Positions 53,700-62,780 of a DNA stretch of 64,000 nucleotides are shown piece by piece. The stretch covers positions 67,715 through 131,714 of the forward strand of contig JBBTWJ010000005.1 in NCBI GenBank assembly GCA_038062895.1. Direction: 5' to 3'. The stretch's first letter is position 1. Each line of letters starts with the position of its first letter. A program made the position numbers and the translations under genes. This stretch comes from Patescibacteria group bacterium (GTDB taxonomy: Bacteria > Patescibacteriota > Microgenomatia > UBA10105 > UBA927). Below the pieces are notes generated by a model that worked only from the letters and a program-made list of their open reading frames with translations, searched no databases and was not told the origin of the DNA.

Positions 53700-53969
53700 A
53701 TGAAAACAATACTTCTTTACGCCATCCGTTTCTACCAGCGGTATCTGTCGTTTGATACGGGGATCCTCAAATTTCTCTTTTTGGCCCATTCGACTCGTTT
53801 CACTCGCTCAGGGCATGTTGAGAAAATCTGTCGATTTTCTCCAACATGTAGCGAGTACATGTATCAGGCTGTCGATCGCTATGGTATAATCCATGGGTTG
53901 TGGCTCGGGGTCAAGCGGATAGTACGATGTCACCCATGGAGCGCGGGGGGAAGCGATCCTGTAAAATAA
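53700..53969 (+). CDS. yidD: Membrane protein insertion efficiency factor YidD
   Basis: CRFSPTCSEYMYQAVDRYG. Confidence 0.85.
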   Translation: MKTILLYAIRFYQRYLSFDTGILKFLFLAHSTRFTRSGHVEKICRFSPTCSEYMYQAVDRYGIIHGLWLGVKRIVRCHPWSAGGSDPVK

Positions 53970-53970
53970 A

Positions 53971-54070
53971 ATTATCCAATTCTCAAATTATCCAATAGTC
54001 AAATAATCCAATAGAACGCAAAAATATTTATTGGATAATTGGATAATTAGTTGATTGGATAATTGGATAA
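53971..54070. repeat. Array of seven TTATCCAAT/ATTGGATAA 9-mers (three direct, four inverted as two tandem pairs) between yidD and yidC
   Basis: Copies at 53973, 53988, 54004 (TAATCCAAT), 54030, 54038, 54054 and 54062, read directly. Confidence 0.7.
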
Positions 54071-54075
54071 TTGTT

Positions 54076-54915
54076 ATGACTAATCCGAATCTTTGGAACC
54101 AATTGTTGATTTGGCCCATAGTAAATGTACTTGTGGCATTGTATAAATTCTTTGAATGGCTCCATGTGCCGGGCCCTCTGGGATTTGCCATCATTGGGTT
54201 GACCATTGCCATCCGCCTCCTCCTTTATCCCCTCATGCAAGCGCAGCTCAAAAGCGCCAAAAAGATGTCAAACCTCAAGCCGCACCTTGACGCCCTCAAC
54301 GCCAAACACAAAGACGATAAGAAAAAATTACAACAAGCACAATTGGATCTCTACAAAGAGCACGGCGTCAATCCCGCGGCCGGGTGTCTCCCCCTCCTTA
54401 TCCAGATGCCGGTCTTGATCGCACTCTATAATGTTTTTTATCAGGTATTGGGAAACGGGAATCTCACCACCCTCATGACGGAAATCAATGCGATCCTGTA
54501 CACACCGTTTATCAAATTGACGCAGCTTGACCTTACATTTTTCGGCGTCAATCTGGGGCTTAAGCCGGAGGCATGGGCTACGCAGGGATGGTGGTTGCTT
54601 TCAATCCCCATCATCACCGGCCTCTTACAGTTTTGGCAGAGCAAGTTGATGCTGCCGGTAAGTCAGCCTTCAGCTGTCAGCTCTCAGCCGTCAGCTAAAA
54701 ATAAATTGAAAACAGGTAATGAAAAAACGGAAGAGAAGAAGGAGGATACGATGGGAGATATGCAGAAGCAGATGGCCATGATCACGCCTATCATGTTTGG
54801 GTTTTTTGCTTTCCAGTTTCCCTTGGGTTTATCGCTCTACTGGAACGTATTCGGACTTTTTGGTATTATGCAACAACTCGCGGTAAACCGCGAAGCGGCA
54901 AATCCTAAATCCTAA
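54076..54915 (+). CDS. yidC: Membrane protein insertase YidC (short form)
   Basis: YidC/Oxa1 core with PVLIALYNVF. Start moved to MTNPNLW because the ORF-track start lies inside the repeat array. Confidence 0.85.
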   Translation: MTNPNLWNQLLIWPIVNVLVALYKFFEWLHVPGPLGFAIIGLTIAIRLLLYPLMQAQLKSAKKMSNLKPHLDALNAKHKDDKKKLQQAQLDLYKEHGVNPAAGCLPLLIQMPVLIALYNVFYQVLGNGNLTTLMTEINAILYTPFIKLTQLDLTFFGVNLGLKPEAWATQGWWLLSIPIITGLLQFWQSKLMLPVSQPSAVSSQPSAKNKLKTGNEKTEEKKEDTMGDMQKQMAMITPIMFGFFAFQFPLGLSLYWNVFGLFGIMQQLAVNREAANPKS

Positions 54916-54974
54916 GCACAAAATCCTAAACAATTTCAAAATTCAAATATTTAAAGCTCAAAACTGTTTAGAAT

Positions 54975-55433
54975 TTGATGTATATGGAACCTATTGATCA
55001 AGTCAAACAAATTACGGAAGATTTACTGAAACGACTCGAAGTGGTCGGGACGGTGGCCGTGGACTTGGATGAAACCGGCGCGTACCAAGTGCAGATCGAC
55101 ACAGAAGAAACCGGACTCCTCATCGGCTTTCATGGACGGACACTCGAAAGCTTTCAGATACTTCTTTCTATCATCGTTTCCAAAAAACTTGAATCCTGGG
55201 TGAAGGTGTACGTAAACGTGGGCGACTATCGGCAGAAACGGGAAGAGACGCTTATGCATATGGCCCAACGGGCTGCCGAGCGGGCGTTAGCTTTTGGCAA
55301 ACCGGTTGAGCTTGCCAACCTCTCCGCCTCCGAACGGCGCGTGATCCATATGACGTTGGGCGGCGATGAGCGGATTGCGACGGAATCCGTAGGGGAAGGA
55401 ATGAATAGGACGCTTATAGTAAAGCCACGATGA
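54975..55433 (+). CDS. jag: Jag/KhpB-like RNA-binding protein (Jag_N, KH and R3H domains)
   Basis: R3H-like ERRVIHMTL at the C-terminus. Conserved position after yidC. Confidence 0.7.
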   Translation: MMYMEPIDQVKQITEDLLKRLEVVGTVAVDLDETGAYQVQIDTEETGLLIGFHGRTLESFQILLSIIVSKKLESWVKVYVNVGDYRQKREETLMHMAQRAAERALAFGKPVELANLSASERRVIHMTLGGDERIATESVGEGMNRTLIVKPR

Positions 55434-55553
55434 AATCCTAAATCCTAATTTCTAAATCCTAAACAATATCAAAATCCAAAATACTAATGTTCCAAACGTT
55501 TTGAATTTGAAATTTAAGACATTTGAATTTGTTTAGAATTTAGGATTTAGTGC

Positions 55554-56132
55554 TTGGTGCTTACGAATATGCATGTTGGTATCTTCGGCGGAGTCTTTAA
55601 CCCCCCACATCTCGGGCACCTCATGATCGCCCAGCAGATCCTGGACTTTACAGATATAGAGGAAGTTTGGTTTCTGCCCAATTACGGACAGCACCCTCCC
55701 AAACCCCACGTGGCTCCTGTTGTGGATCGCTTGGCGATGACGAAATTCCTTGAAAGGCCGAAGATGAAATTGTCTACTCTAGAGGTTGATCATAAACTCG
55801 ACGGGAACACCATCAATCTCCTCCCCCATCTTCCGTCCAACAACACCTACACATTTATCATGGGTGCGGATTGGCTGCCGGGATTTACCACGAAGTGGGG
55901 GCACTGGGAAGAACTTCTCAATCGGATTCCGTTTCTTATATTCCCCCGTAGTGGCTATGCCAATGCGCCAATGCAAAAAAATATGACCCTCCTCACTCAC
56001 GAGTCGTTGGTGATTTCAAATCTATCGTCAACAAAAATTCGTGAACGGCTGCGGCAAGGACTATCCATCGATGCATTTGTCCCACAGGCAGTTTCTACAT
56101 ATACAAAGAAGCATGGGTTGTATAAAAGTTGA
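55554..56132 (+). CDS. nadD: Nicotinate-nucleotide adenylyltransferase
   Basis: GIFGGVFNPPHLGHL. Confidence 0.8.
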   Translation: MVLTNMHVGIFGGVFNPPHLGHLMIAQQILDFTDIEEVWFLPNYGQHPPKPHVAPVVDRLAMTKFLERPKMKLSTLEVDHKLDGNTINLLPHLPSNNTYTFIMGADWLPGFTTKWGHWEELLNRIPFLIFPRSGYANAPMQKNMTLLTHESLVISNLSSTKIRERLRQGLSIDAFVPQAVSTYTKKHGLYKS

Positions 56133-56166
56133 CATATAAATAAAAGCTTTTTATACTGCGTTAAGT

Positions 56167-56379
56167 ATGCCTAAGATTATTGAATCAAATCCTCAAGTAT
56201 TAGGAGGTAAACCGGTTATCAAAGGAACACGCATTCCCGTCGCACGGATTCTCGCGTTACTTGGCATGGATTATACACTCACGGACATACGGAACGAGTT
56301 TCCCCAACTATCTCTACTCACGAAAGAAAATCTTTCTGATATTCTTACCTATTACCAGTCAAAACTTCAGTATAGATAA
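56167..56379 (+). CDS. DUF433-family protein (putative antitoxin), second copy
   Basis: VLGGKPVIKGTRIPVARILALL. Confidence 0.7.
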   Translation: MPKIIESNPQVLGGKPVIKGTRIPVARILALLGMDYTLTDIRNEFPQLSLLTKENLSDILTYYQSKLQYR

Positions 56380-56420
56380 CTATAAAACTTTTCAAAACAA
56401 GAAAAAATAAGAAATTTCGT

Positions 56421-56738
56421 TTGCTTCTCGACGCTGCCTTTGCAAGACCACGTACTTTTGCTCGACTGTCTAAGAAGGCAAATGTCACACATGTCGTTTT
56501 TGATTATAATCTTCCACCTCAGTGTTCTGATGAAGAAATCTATCAGTTGGCTGTGAAGGAAGATAGATTTGTCGTTACCATCAATTACCAGGACTTCAGG
56601 AAGCTTGTCAAAAAGGGAAAGCCGGGAATTATATCGATACCCTCCGAGCTTTCTAATCAAGAAATAGATCAATTGTTATGTCGTTTCCTATTGATGAAAA
56701 ATCCTGGTGATTATGTGGGGTCTGCAATAAAAGTATGA
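56421..56738 (+). CDS. DUF5615-like (PIN-like) putative toxin partner of DUF433; TTG start
   Basis: LLLDAAFARP N-terminus. About 105 aa. Confidence 0.55.
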   Translation: MLLDAAFARPRTFARLSKKANVTHVVFDYNLPPQCSDEEIYQLAVKEDRFVVTINYQDFRKLVKKGKPGIISIPSELSNQEIDQLLCRFLLMKNPGDYVGSAIKV

Positions 56739-57799
56739 TGTATTGGGACAAGACTACTATTGAGCGGATCCGAAGAGGATATTATACTGCCGCCTACTTC
56801 AACCGGACCAAATATATTCTCGAGCAGGAACACGATGAGACGATCGTGACGATGCAGATATTTCAACGGAACGAAAACAGTGTTTTGTGTGGCGTGGATG
56901 AAATGGTTGAACTTCTTCGCATCGGAACGGGAACGTGGCGTGGCAATCGATGGATGGGAAAACGACAAACACTGAAAGTGACCGCGCTCTCCGACGGGGA
57001 TATAGTCCAGAGTAAAGAGCCGGTGATGCACATTACTGGTCCGTATGTATATTTCGCTCACCTCGAGTCGTTGTATCTCGGAATTTTTGCACGGCGAACG
57101 ATGGTGGCGACGAACACGCGCCGGGTGGTAGAAGCGGCAAAGGGAAAACCCGTTTTTTTCTTTGCCGATCGATTTGATGATTTTAGCAATCAGGAAGGCG
57201 ATGGGTATGCGGCGCGCATAGGCGGCGCTGCGGGTGTGTGTACCCAGGCTCATGCCTCGCGATGGAACGGAATCCCGGTCGGCACCATTCCCCATGCACT
57301 TATTGCCGTTGGCGGCGGCGATACGACAAAGGCGACGCAACGGTTTGCCAACCACATAAAAGACGTGAACGTGGTAGCCCTTGTCGACTTTGATAATGAT
57401 TGCGTGGGAACAGCGCTTGCGGTCGCGCGGGCTCTCGGAAAAAAATTATGGGGAGTACGTATAGATACGGCAGAGAATATAACGGATGTTTCCGCGTCTT
57501 CTCCTGGTGTCAATCCAACGCTTGTCATGCGTGTCCGCCAGACGCTTAACGACGCGGGGTTTACTCATGTTAAAATACTCGTGTCCGGCGGATTTACTGA
57601 AAAAAAGGTACGGATGTTTGAAAGAGAAAAGACACCGGTCGATGGGTACGGCGTGGGTTCAGCACTCGTCCATGGGAGCAATGACTTTACCGCTGACGTG
57701 GTGAAAGTGAATGGGAAGCAGCAGGCTAAGGCTGGAAGAATGTACATGGCAAACAGACGAATGAAAGGAATAAAAAACTTTTTAAAGGAGGAAGTATGA
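56735..57799 (+). CDS. pncB: Nicotinate phosphoribosyltransferase-like (type II PRTase)
   Basis: RGYYTAAYFNRTKYIL N-terminus. Flanked by nadD, pncA-like and nadE genes forming a salvage pathway. Confidence 0.6.
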   Translation: MMYWDKTTIERIRRGYYTAAYFNRTKYILEQEHDETIVTMQIFQRNENSVLCGVDEMVELLRIGTGTWRGNRWMGKRQTLKVTALSDGDIVQSKEPVMHITGPYVYFAHLESLYLGIFARRTMVATNTRRVVEAAKGKPVFFFADRFDDFSNQEGDGYAARIGGAAGVCTQAHASRWNGIPVGTIPHALIAVGGGDTTKATQRFANHIKDVNVVALVDFDNDCVGTALAVARALGKKLWGVRIDTAENITDVSASSPGVNPTLVMRVRQTLNDAGFTHVKILVSGGFTEKKVRMFEREKTPVDGYGVGSALVHGSNDFTADVVKVNGKQQAKAGRMYMANRRMKGIKNFLKEEV

Positions 57800-58335
57800 A
57801 GAAAGGAAAATATGCAGCGATCGTCATCGATATGCTGGAAGATTTTGTTTATGGAGCACTGAAAAATGATCGGGCGAAACGAATCATTCCCAATATCGAG
57901 AAACTTCTCGCAGACGCAAGAAAGAAGGGTTGGCTCGTAGTATATGCCAACGACGCACATTTGTCGGGAGATCCTGAAGAAAGAGTGTGGGGCGCTCACG
58001 CGCTTGCCGGGAGTCCCGGCGCTCAAATAATAGAAGCATTAGCTTCTAAAAAGGGAGACATAGTGCTTGGGAAGCGAACCTATAGCGCGTTTCATGAAAC
58101 AGGGCTTGATTTACTCCTTCGGCAACACGATATCAAAACAGTGATACTTGTTGGGCAACATACGCATATTTGCGTAAGGCATACAAGCGCTGATGCGTTT
58201 GCAAATAATTATTCGATTGTCGTTCCGGATGATTGCGTTGAGTCCTTTAGCGATGAGGATCATCATGGGGGTCTGGCTTATCTGAAAATGTGCTACGGAG
58301 CCACGATCACATCTGTGAAGAAACTTTTGAAGTAA
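57796..58335 (+). CDS. pncA: Isochorismatase-family cysteine hydrolase, probable nicotinamidase
   Basis: AIVIDMLEDF...YANDAH...VILVGQHTHICVRHT. Confidence 0.7.
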   Translation: MKKGKYAAIVIDMLEDFVYGALKNDRAKRIIPNIEKLLADARKKGWLVVYANDAHLSGDPEERVWGAHALAGSPGAQIIEALASKKGDIVLGKRTYSAFHETGLDLLLRQHDIKTVILVGQHTHICVRHTSADAFANNYSIVVPDDCVESFSDEDHHGGLAYLKMCYGATITSVKKLLK

Positions 58336-59129
58336 TGAGTATGAAGTCTGTCGACATAAAGCAAGTTTATCGCAATGCCATTGATTTTCTTGGCCAGTCG
58401 ATGAAGCATGCCGGATTCCGCTCTGCAGTTATTGCCCTGTCCGGCGGGGTGGATTCGAGTGTAAGCGTGGTACTCTCGGTTCGGGCGATTGGAAAAAATA
58501 ATGTCTATCCCCTACTTCTTCCCTACGGTAACTTGAATTTTCAAGGTGTTAGTGATGCGCAACTTGTCATAAAAACTCTTGGGATACCTCCAGCCCACGT
58601 GAGAGATATAAATATTCAACCACTTGTTGACCCGATCACTGCTCTAGATCCCGATCTGCCTGCCGGCAGGCAGGTGGATCGCCTCCGGCGCGGCAACACC
58701 ATGGCGCGTGTGCGGATGATCCTGCTATACGATCTCGCTAAAAAAAACAATGCCTTGGTCGTGGGGACGGAAAACAAGACGGAACATTTACTAGGGTACT
58801 ATACGCGCTTCGGCGATGAGGCGAGCGATATAGAACCATTACGGAATTTGTATAAAACAGACGTTCGCCGTCTAGCCCAAGCGTTGGGGTTGCCCCAGAC
58901 GATTATTACGAAAGCACCGACGGCCGGACTTTGGGACGGGCAGACGGATGAAGGAGAGTTTGGATTTACCTACGAAGAGGCGGACCGGGTTCTTGCGTTG
59001 ATTGTAGATGAGAAGAAGTCCATTGATGAAGTTATTGCAAAAGGATATGATCGATCCACCGTGGAGAAGGTGGTGAAGAGAATGAATGATAATGATTTCA
59101 AGCACCGTCTTCCCTTCGTTCCTTCATGA
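58290..59129 (+). CDS. nadE: NH3-dependent NAD+ synthetase
   Basis: ALSGGVDSSVSVVL PP-loop. Confidence 0.85.
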   Translation: MLRSHDHICEETFEVMSMKSVDIKQVYRNAIDFLGQSMKHAGFRSAVIALSGGVDSSVSVVLSVRAIGKNNVYPLLLPYGNLNFQGVSDAQLVIKTLGIPPAHVRDINIQPLVDPITALDPDLPAGRQVDRLRRGNTMARVRMILLYDLAKKNNALVVGTENKTEHLLGYYTRFGDEASDIEPLRNLYKTDVRRLAQALGLPQTIITKAPTAGLWDGQTDEGEFGFTYEEADRVLALIVDEKKSIDEVIAKGYDRSTVEKVVKRMNDNDFKHRLPFVPS

Positions 59130-60535
59130 AATGGCATCAACGATTTTTTTGGCTTCTGCTTTTGTTTCTTCCTACACAACTAGGCTACCATTTTTGGCCC
59201 CAGTGGGCGGGGGTGCTCGGAAGGAGAGTAGATTACCTCGCCCCAACCATTTATCTTACAGATATTCTTATTTTTTTGATCATTGTTGCCTGGGTTGTTC
59301 CTCGCGTTGTTCAAATGGTGCGAGGAAATCCTAAATCCAAATTTCTAAATCCTAAACAAATCCAAAAGTTCAAAATTCAAATATTACAAACAAAATATCT
59401 GTGGATGATGGCAGGAGTGGTGTTTGCGATTGTTAATATTTTTGTCGCTACAAATAAGCCCATCGCCATATACAAATGGATAAAGGTGAGTGAGTTTGTA
59501 ATGCTGGGATGGTATATCGTGCGGACGAGGCCTACGCTATCAGCTATCATCACTCCCCTATCGGTTGGCATCCTGTACTCATCGATTCTTGCGATCATCC
59601 AATTTATTCTGCAGCACTCCGTCGGGGGCCCACTTTGGTGGCTAGGAGAACGGACGTTTGGCGTCGATACGCCGGGGATAGCGCGTTACGATTTCAACTT
59701 TCAACTTTTAACTTTAAACTTTCAACTTTTTGGCCTCCGGCCGCATGCTACGTTCCCCCACCCGAATGTGTTGGGAGGATTTTTGGCAGTAGTCTTGCCA
59801 TTACTTATTTATAATCTACAAATCTACAAATCTACAAATCTACAAATGAATGATTCATTAAAAAAAATGTTGCAATGGGGGTTGGGTTTGACAATTTCAA
59901 TTGGAGTTGTTGCTTTGATTCTGACGTTTAGCCGGAGCGCGGTAGTAGTGGGGGCAATCGCAATTGCTTTGACCATTGCGAGAATTAGGAATGATGCCCG
60001 CCCGGAGCGAGGCCGAAGGGAATTACGGATTATGAATAGTAAACGCTTTGTAGTTACAGCCGTCATTGGATTATTAATTATACTTTTGGCTTCATACTTC
60101 ATGATTCATAATTCAACAGAGGAAAGTGTTGTTGTTCGTGGACAACTCAACGCAGCGGCAATAAAGCTTTGGCAGACCGCTCCCCTCTTCGGCGTGGGAC
60201 TCGGAAATTTTCTTGTGCGGCTGCCGGAGACACTCCCCACCCGGACGATTTACTTTCTCCAGCCAGTCCATAATATATATTTGCTTATACTGTCAGAGAC
60301 GGGAGTCGTCGGGTTTTTACCGGTTCTTTTGTTGTTAGTAAAGATTTTTCTCTGGACAATAAACAATAAGCAGAAAGCACGCGAATCGTTTGTTTATTGC
60401 TTATTGCTTACTGCCCTTCTTGTTTTGGGTCTCGTCGACCACTACCTCCTTACGCTTCAGCAAGGACAGTTGCTGCTCACTGTATTTACAGGATTAAGTC
60501 TAACATTGTTACAAAATAACAAAATAACAAAATAA
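59126..60535 (+). CDS. O-antigen ligase (Wzy_C)-like polytopic membrane protein carrying several in-frame simple-repeat insertions
   Basis: HNIYLLILSETGVVG Wzy_C motif. Low-complexity inserts encoded by tandem repeats at 59324-59395, 59690-59730 and 59808-59850. Confidence 0.6.
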   Translation: MKWHQRFFWLLLLFLPTQLGYHFWPQWAGVLGRRVDYLAPTIYLTDILIFLIIVAWVVPRVVQMVRGNPKSKFLNPKQIQKFKIQILQTKYLWMMAGVVFAIVNIFVATNKPIAIYKWIKVSEFVMLGWYIVRTRPTLSAIITPLSVGILYSSILAIIQFILQHSVGGPLWWLGERTFGVDTPGIARYDFNFQLLTLNFQLFGLRPHATFPHPNVLGGFLAVVLPLLIYNLQIYKSTNLQMNDSLKKMLQWGLGLTISIGVVALILTFSRSAVVVGAIAIALTIARIRNDARPERGRRELRIMNSKRFVVTAVIGLLIILLASYFMIHNSTEESVVVRGQLNAAAIKLWQTAPLFGVGLGNFLVRLPETLPTRTIYFLQPVHNIYLLILSETGVVGFLPVLLLLVKIFLWTINNKQKARESFVYCLLLTALLVLGLVDHYLLTLQQGQLLLTVFTGLSLTLLQNNKITK

Positions 60536-60554
60536 CAAAATAACAAAATAACAA

Positions 60555-61979
60555 ATGGCGAATTGCGGTACAATGGGGAACATGACTTCTACCAAATGGA
60601 ACGTCGCATGGAATACGGGGAGCCAGCTTCTCGGAAAATTAGTCGGGAGTGGCGCGATGTTTTTGGTCAGCATCCTGGTTGCGCGGGGCTTTGGCGCTCA
60701 AGGATTTGGTGACTTCACGAAGATCATCACTTTCGTTGCATTTTTTTATCTCCTGGTTGATTTTGGACTCAATGCGGTGTATCTGCAGAGGCAGACAGCA
60801 CCTGCCCGCAATGCTATGCAAAGCGTTGTAGGCGGGGACAGCAGCGGCCCGCCTACTGGCGGGGCAGGCAAAGCGGATTGGGGAACGCTTTTTAGCATGA
60901 GGCTTCTGGGCGGCATACTCCTCATGTTTTTTGTGGTCGCAATTTTAGCTTTTCTTCCTCACGGCACGGATCAGGGATATACGGGACTGGTCCGGCTTGG
61001 CATCATTCTCTTCTCCCCCACTATTCTCATCCAAGGGTTGATCGTATCAGCTAATGCTATATTTCAGAAACACCTGCGATATGACTTGGCAAGTTTTGCT
61101 CTTATTGCTGGATATATTGTAACCGTGTTCCTTGTTGCTGGCTCTGTATTTGGACTTTCTTCCCGTGTAGGCGTTTTGGGTGTGACAACTTCCCTCCTTC
61201 TTGGTTTGGGTGTCACGGGGTTTGTTTCCCTTTTTTTTGTGCGTCGCATCGAACAATTTGCTCACATTTCTTTTGATAGGAAGACCGCCACCATGTTATT
61301 TATGACTGCTCTCCCCTTAGGGATCACTCTGCTTTTTAATCAAGTGTACTTCCGGATCGACAGTTTTGTTTTGACGTTGACACGCAGCACGACTGAAGTT
61401 GGCCTGTATGGCCTGGCGTATAAAGTGTTTGAATTGCCTCTCGTGATCCCCACATTTTTTATGAACAGCGTGTACCCGCTACTTCTTGCAAAGCAAATGA
61501 CGAAAGACGTAGGACGTAGGACGTATGAAACCAAGAAATTATTAAAAAAATCCGGCACCATCTTATGTCTTATGTCCGTAGTCTTATCTCTCACGTTTTG
61601 GTATGCTGCTCCCCTCCTTATGTACATCCGTCCGGAGTTTGCTCCTAGTATTCCTCTTTTGAGAATCCTTACGCTTGGCTTGCCGTTCTTTTTTCTCTCA
61701 AGTCTCGTGATGTGGGCACTTATTGCTCTTGGCAAACAGATAGTACTCGCGGGTATCTATGGAAGCCTGATGATGGTCACAGTACTATTAGATATTCTCA
61801 TCATTCCAACCCACGGGGCTATCGGGGCAGCGTGGATCACGGTGGGGTCGGAAGGAGTTGTGTTGTTGATATCAGTTTTGTATCTTCGGAGGGTGTTCCA
61901 TTATCCCACGGCTGTGTCGAGCGAATCTACAAATTACAAATCTACAAATATGCAAATGAATGATAGAATGCATAAATAA
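60555..61979 (+). CDS. MOP-superfamily polysaccharide/lipid-II flippase-like (Wzx/MurJ-type) membrane protein
   Basis: About 14 TM helices. MOP flippase-like N-terminus. C-terminal tail encoded by an ATCTACAA-type repeat. Confidence 0.6.
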   Translation: MANCGTMGNMTSTKWNVAWNTGSQLLGKLVGSGAMFLVSILVARGFGAQGFGDFTKIITFVAFFYLLVDFGLNAVYLQRQTAPARNAMQSVVGGDSSGPPTGGAGKADWGTLFSMRLLGGILLMFFVVAILAFLPHGTDQGYTGLVRLGIILFSPTILIQGLIVSANAIFQKHLRYDLASFALIAGYIVTVFLVAGSVFGLSSRVGVLGVTTSLLLGLGVTGFVSLFFVRRIEQFAHISFDRKTATMLFMTALPLGITLLFNQVYFRIDSFVLTLTRSTTEVGLYGLAYKVFELPLVIPTFFMNSVYPLLLAKQMTKDVGRRTYETKKLLKKSGTILCLMSVVLSLTFWYAAPLLMYIRPEFAPSIPLLRILTLGLPFFFLSSLVMWALIALGKQIVLAGIYGSLMMVTVLLDILIIPTHGAIGAAWITVGSEGVVLLISVLYLRRVFHYPTAVSSESTNYKSTNMQMNDRMHK

Positions 61980-62041
61980 ATTAATTAATCAGTAACGAAG
62001 TTGTTAATTTGCAGATTTGAATATTTGCAGATTTGTAGATT

Positions 62042-62542
62042 ATGAAATTAATTGTACATACAGATGGGGGAGCGAGGGGGAACCCGGGACCGGCGGCAGT
62101 GGGGGTGGTGATAGAAAGACAGGAGGAGTCAAAAGTCGAAAGTCCCGCCGCCGAGGCTTTGGCGGGCAGGCAAAAGTCGAAAGTACTTGCTGCGGAGTTT
62201 GGGAAACGGATAGGGGAGACGACGAATAATGTAGCGGAATACACCGCGGTAGTGGAAGCACTGACCTACTTAAAAATTAAAACTTTAAACTTTAAACTTG
62301 AAAGTGGAGAAGACCTTCATATTCAGTTTTTACTTGATTCGAAACTTGTGGTCGAACAACTCAATGGAAATTTTAAGGTGAAGGATGGCAGACTCCGGGA
62401 ACTTATGATGAAGGTGAAAGTTTTGGAGCAGGAGGTTGGTCCGCCTGGCGGCGAGACAAGGGGAGTGGTGACGTATGCGTATGTGCCGAGGGAGCAGAAT
62501 AAACGAGCGGATTATTTCGTCAATAAAGCACTAGATGCGTGA
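62042..62542 (+). CDS. rnhA: Ribonuclease HI
   Basis: VHTDGGARGNPGPAAVGVVI, NNVAEYTAVVEAL, VPREQNKRADYFVNKALD. Contains two in-frame repeat-derived insertions. Confidence 0.8.
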   Translation: MKLIVHTDGGARGNPGPAAVGVVIERQEESKVESPAAEALAGRQKSKVLAAEFGKRIGETTNNVAEYTAVVEALTYLKIKTLNFKLESGEDLHIQFLLDSKLVVEQLNGNFKVKDGRLRELMMKVKVLEQEVGPPGGETRGVVTYAYVPREQNKRADYFVNKALDA

Positions 62543-62645
62543 GCCTCATGTGTCGTTCTTGTATGTAGCCTCGAAATACTTCTGTTGTTCCGTTGTTTTC
62601 GGGACTTGCTTTTGTAATAATACACATACCCTTATTCCCGAATAT

Positions 62646-62779
62646 GCCAGGTAGTAGAATTTCGATCGCATCGTATAGCGCTACGATGCGCTAAATTAAG
62701 ATATACGTATCGCTTATTGTTAGGAATATAGTTATGAATGTTCTATTAAATTAGTTAGTTTCGAAATTTCACTACCTGG
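62646..62779. repeat. 19-bp imperfect terminal inverted repeats (ccaggtagtagaatttcga / tcgaaatttcactacctgg) flanking a ~96-nt AT-rich core that contains a perfect 8-bp-stem hairpin (gcatcgta-tagcgc-tacgatgc)
   Basis: Read directly. Lies immediately upstream of the ATG at 62781. Confidence 0.5.
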
Positions 62780-62780
62780 T

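Noticed and set aside
53134-53709. 191-aa minus-strand ORF overlapping hicA and rnpA
   Set aside because: Antisense to a conserved rnpA and hicA reading frame. Low-complexity Arg/Ser/Pro-rich translation typical of antisense frames.
59808-60550. CRISPR-like appearance of short tandem repeats (ATCTACAA x4, AACAAAAT x5)
   Set aside because: Units are 8 nt with no unique spacers and partly lie in-frame in coding sequence. These are microsatellite-like repeats, not a CRISPR array.
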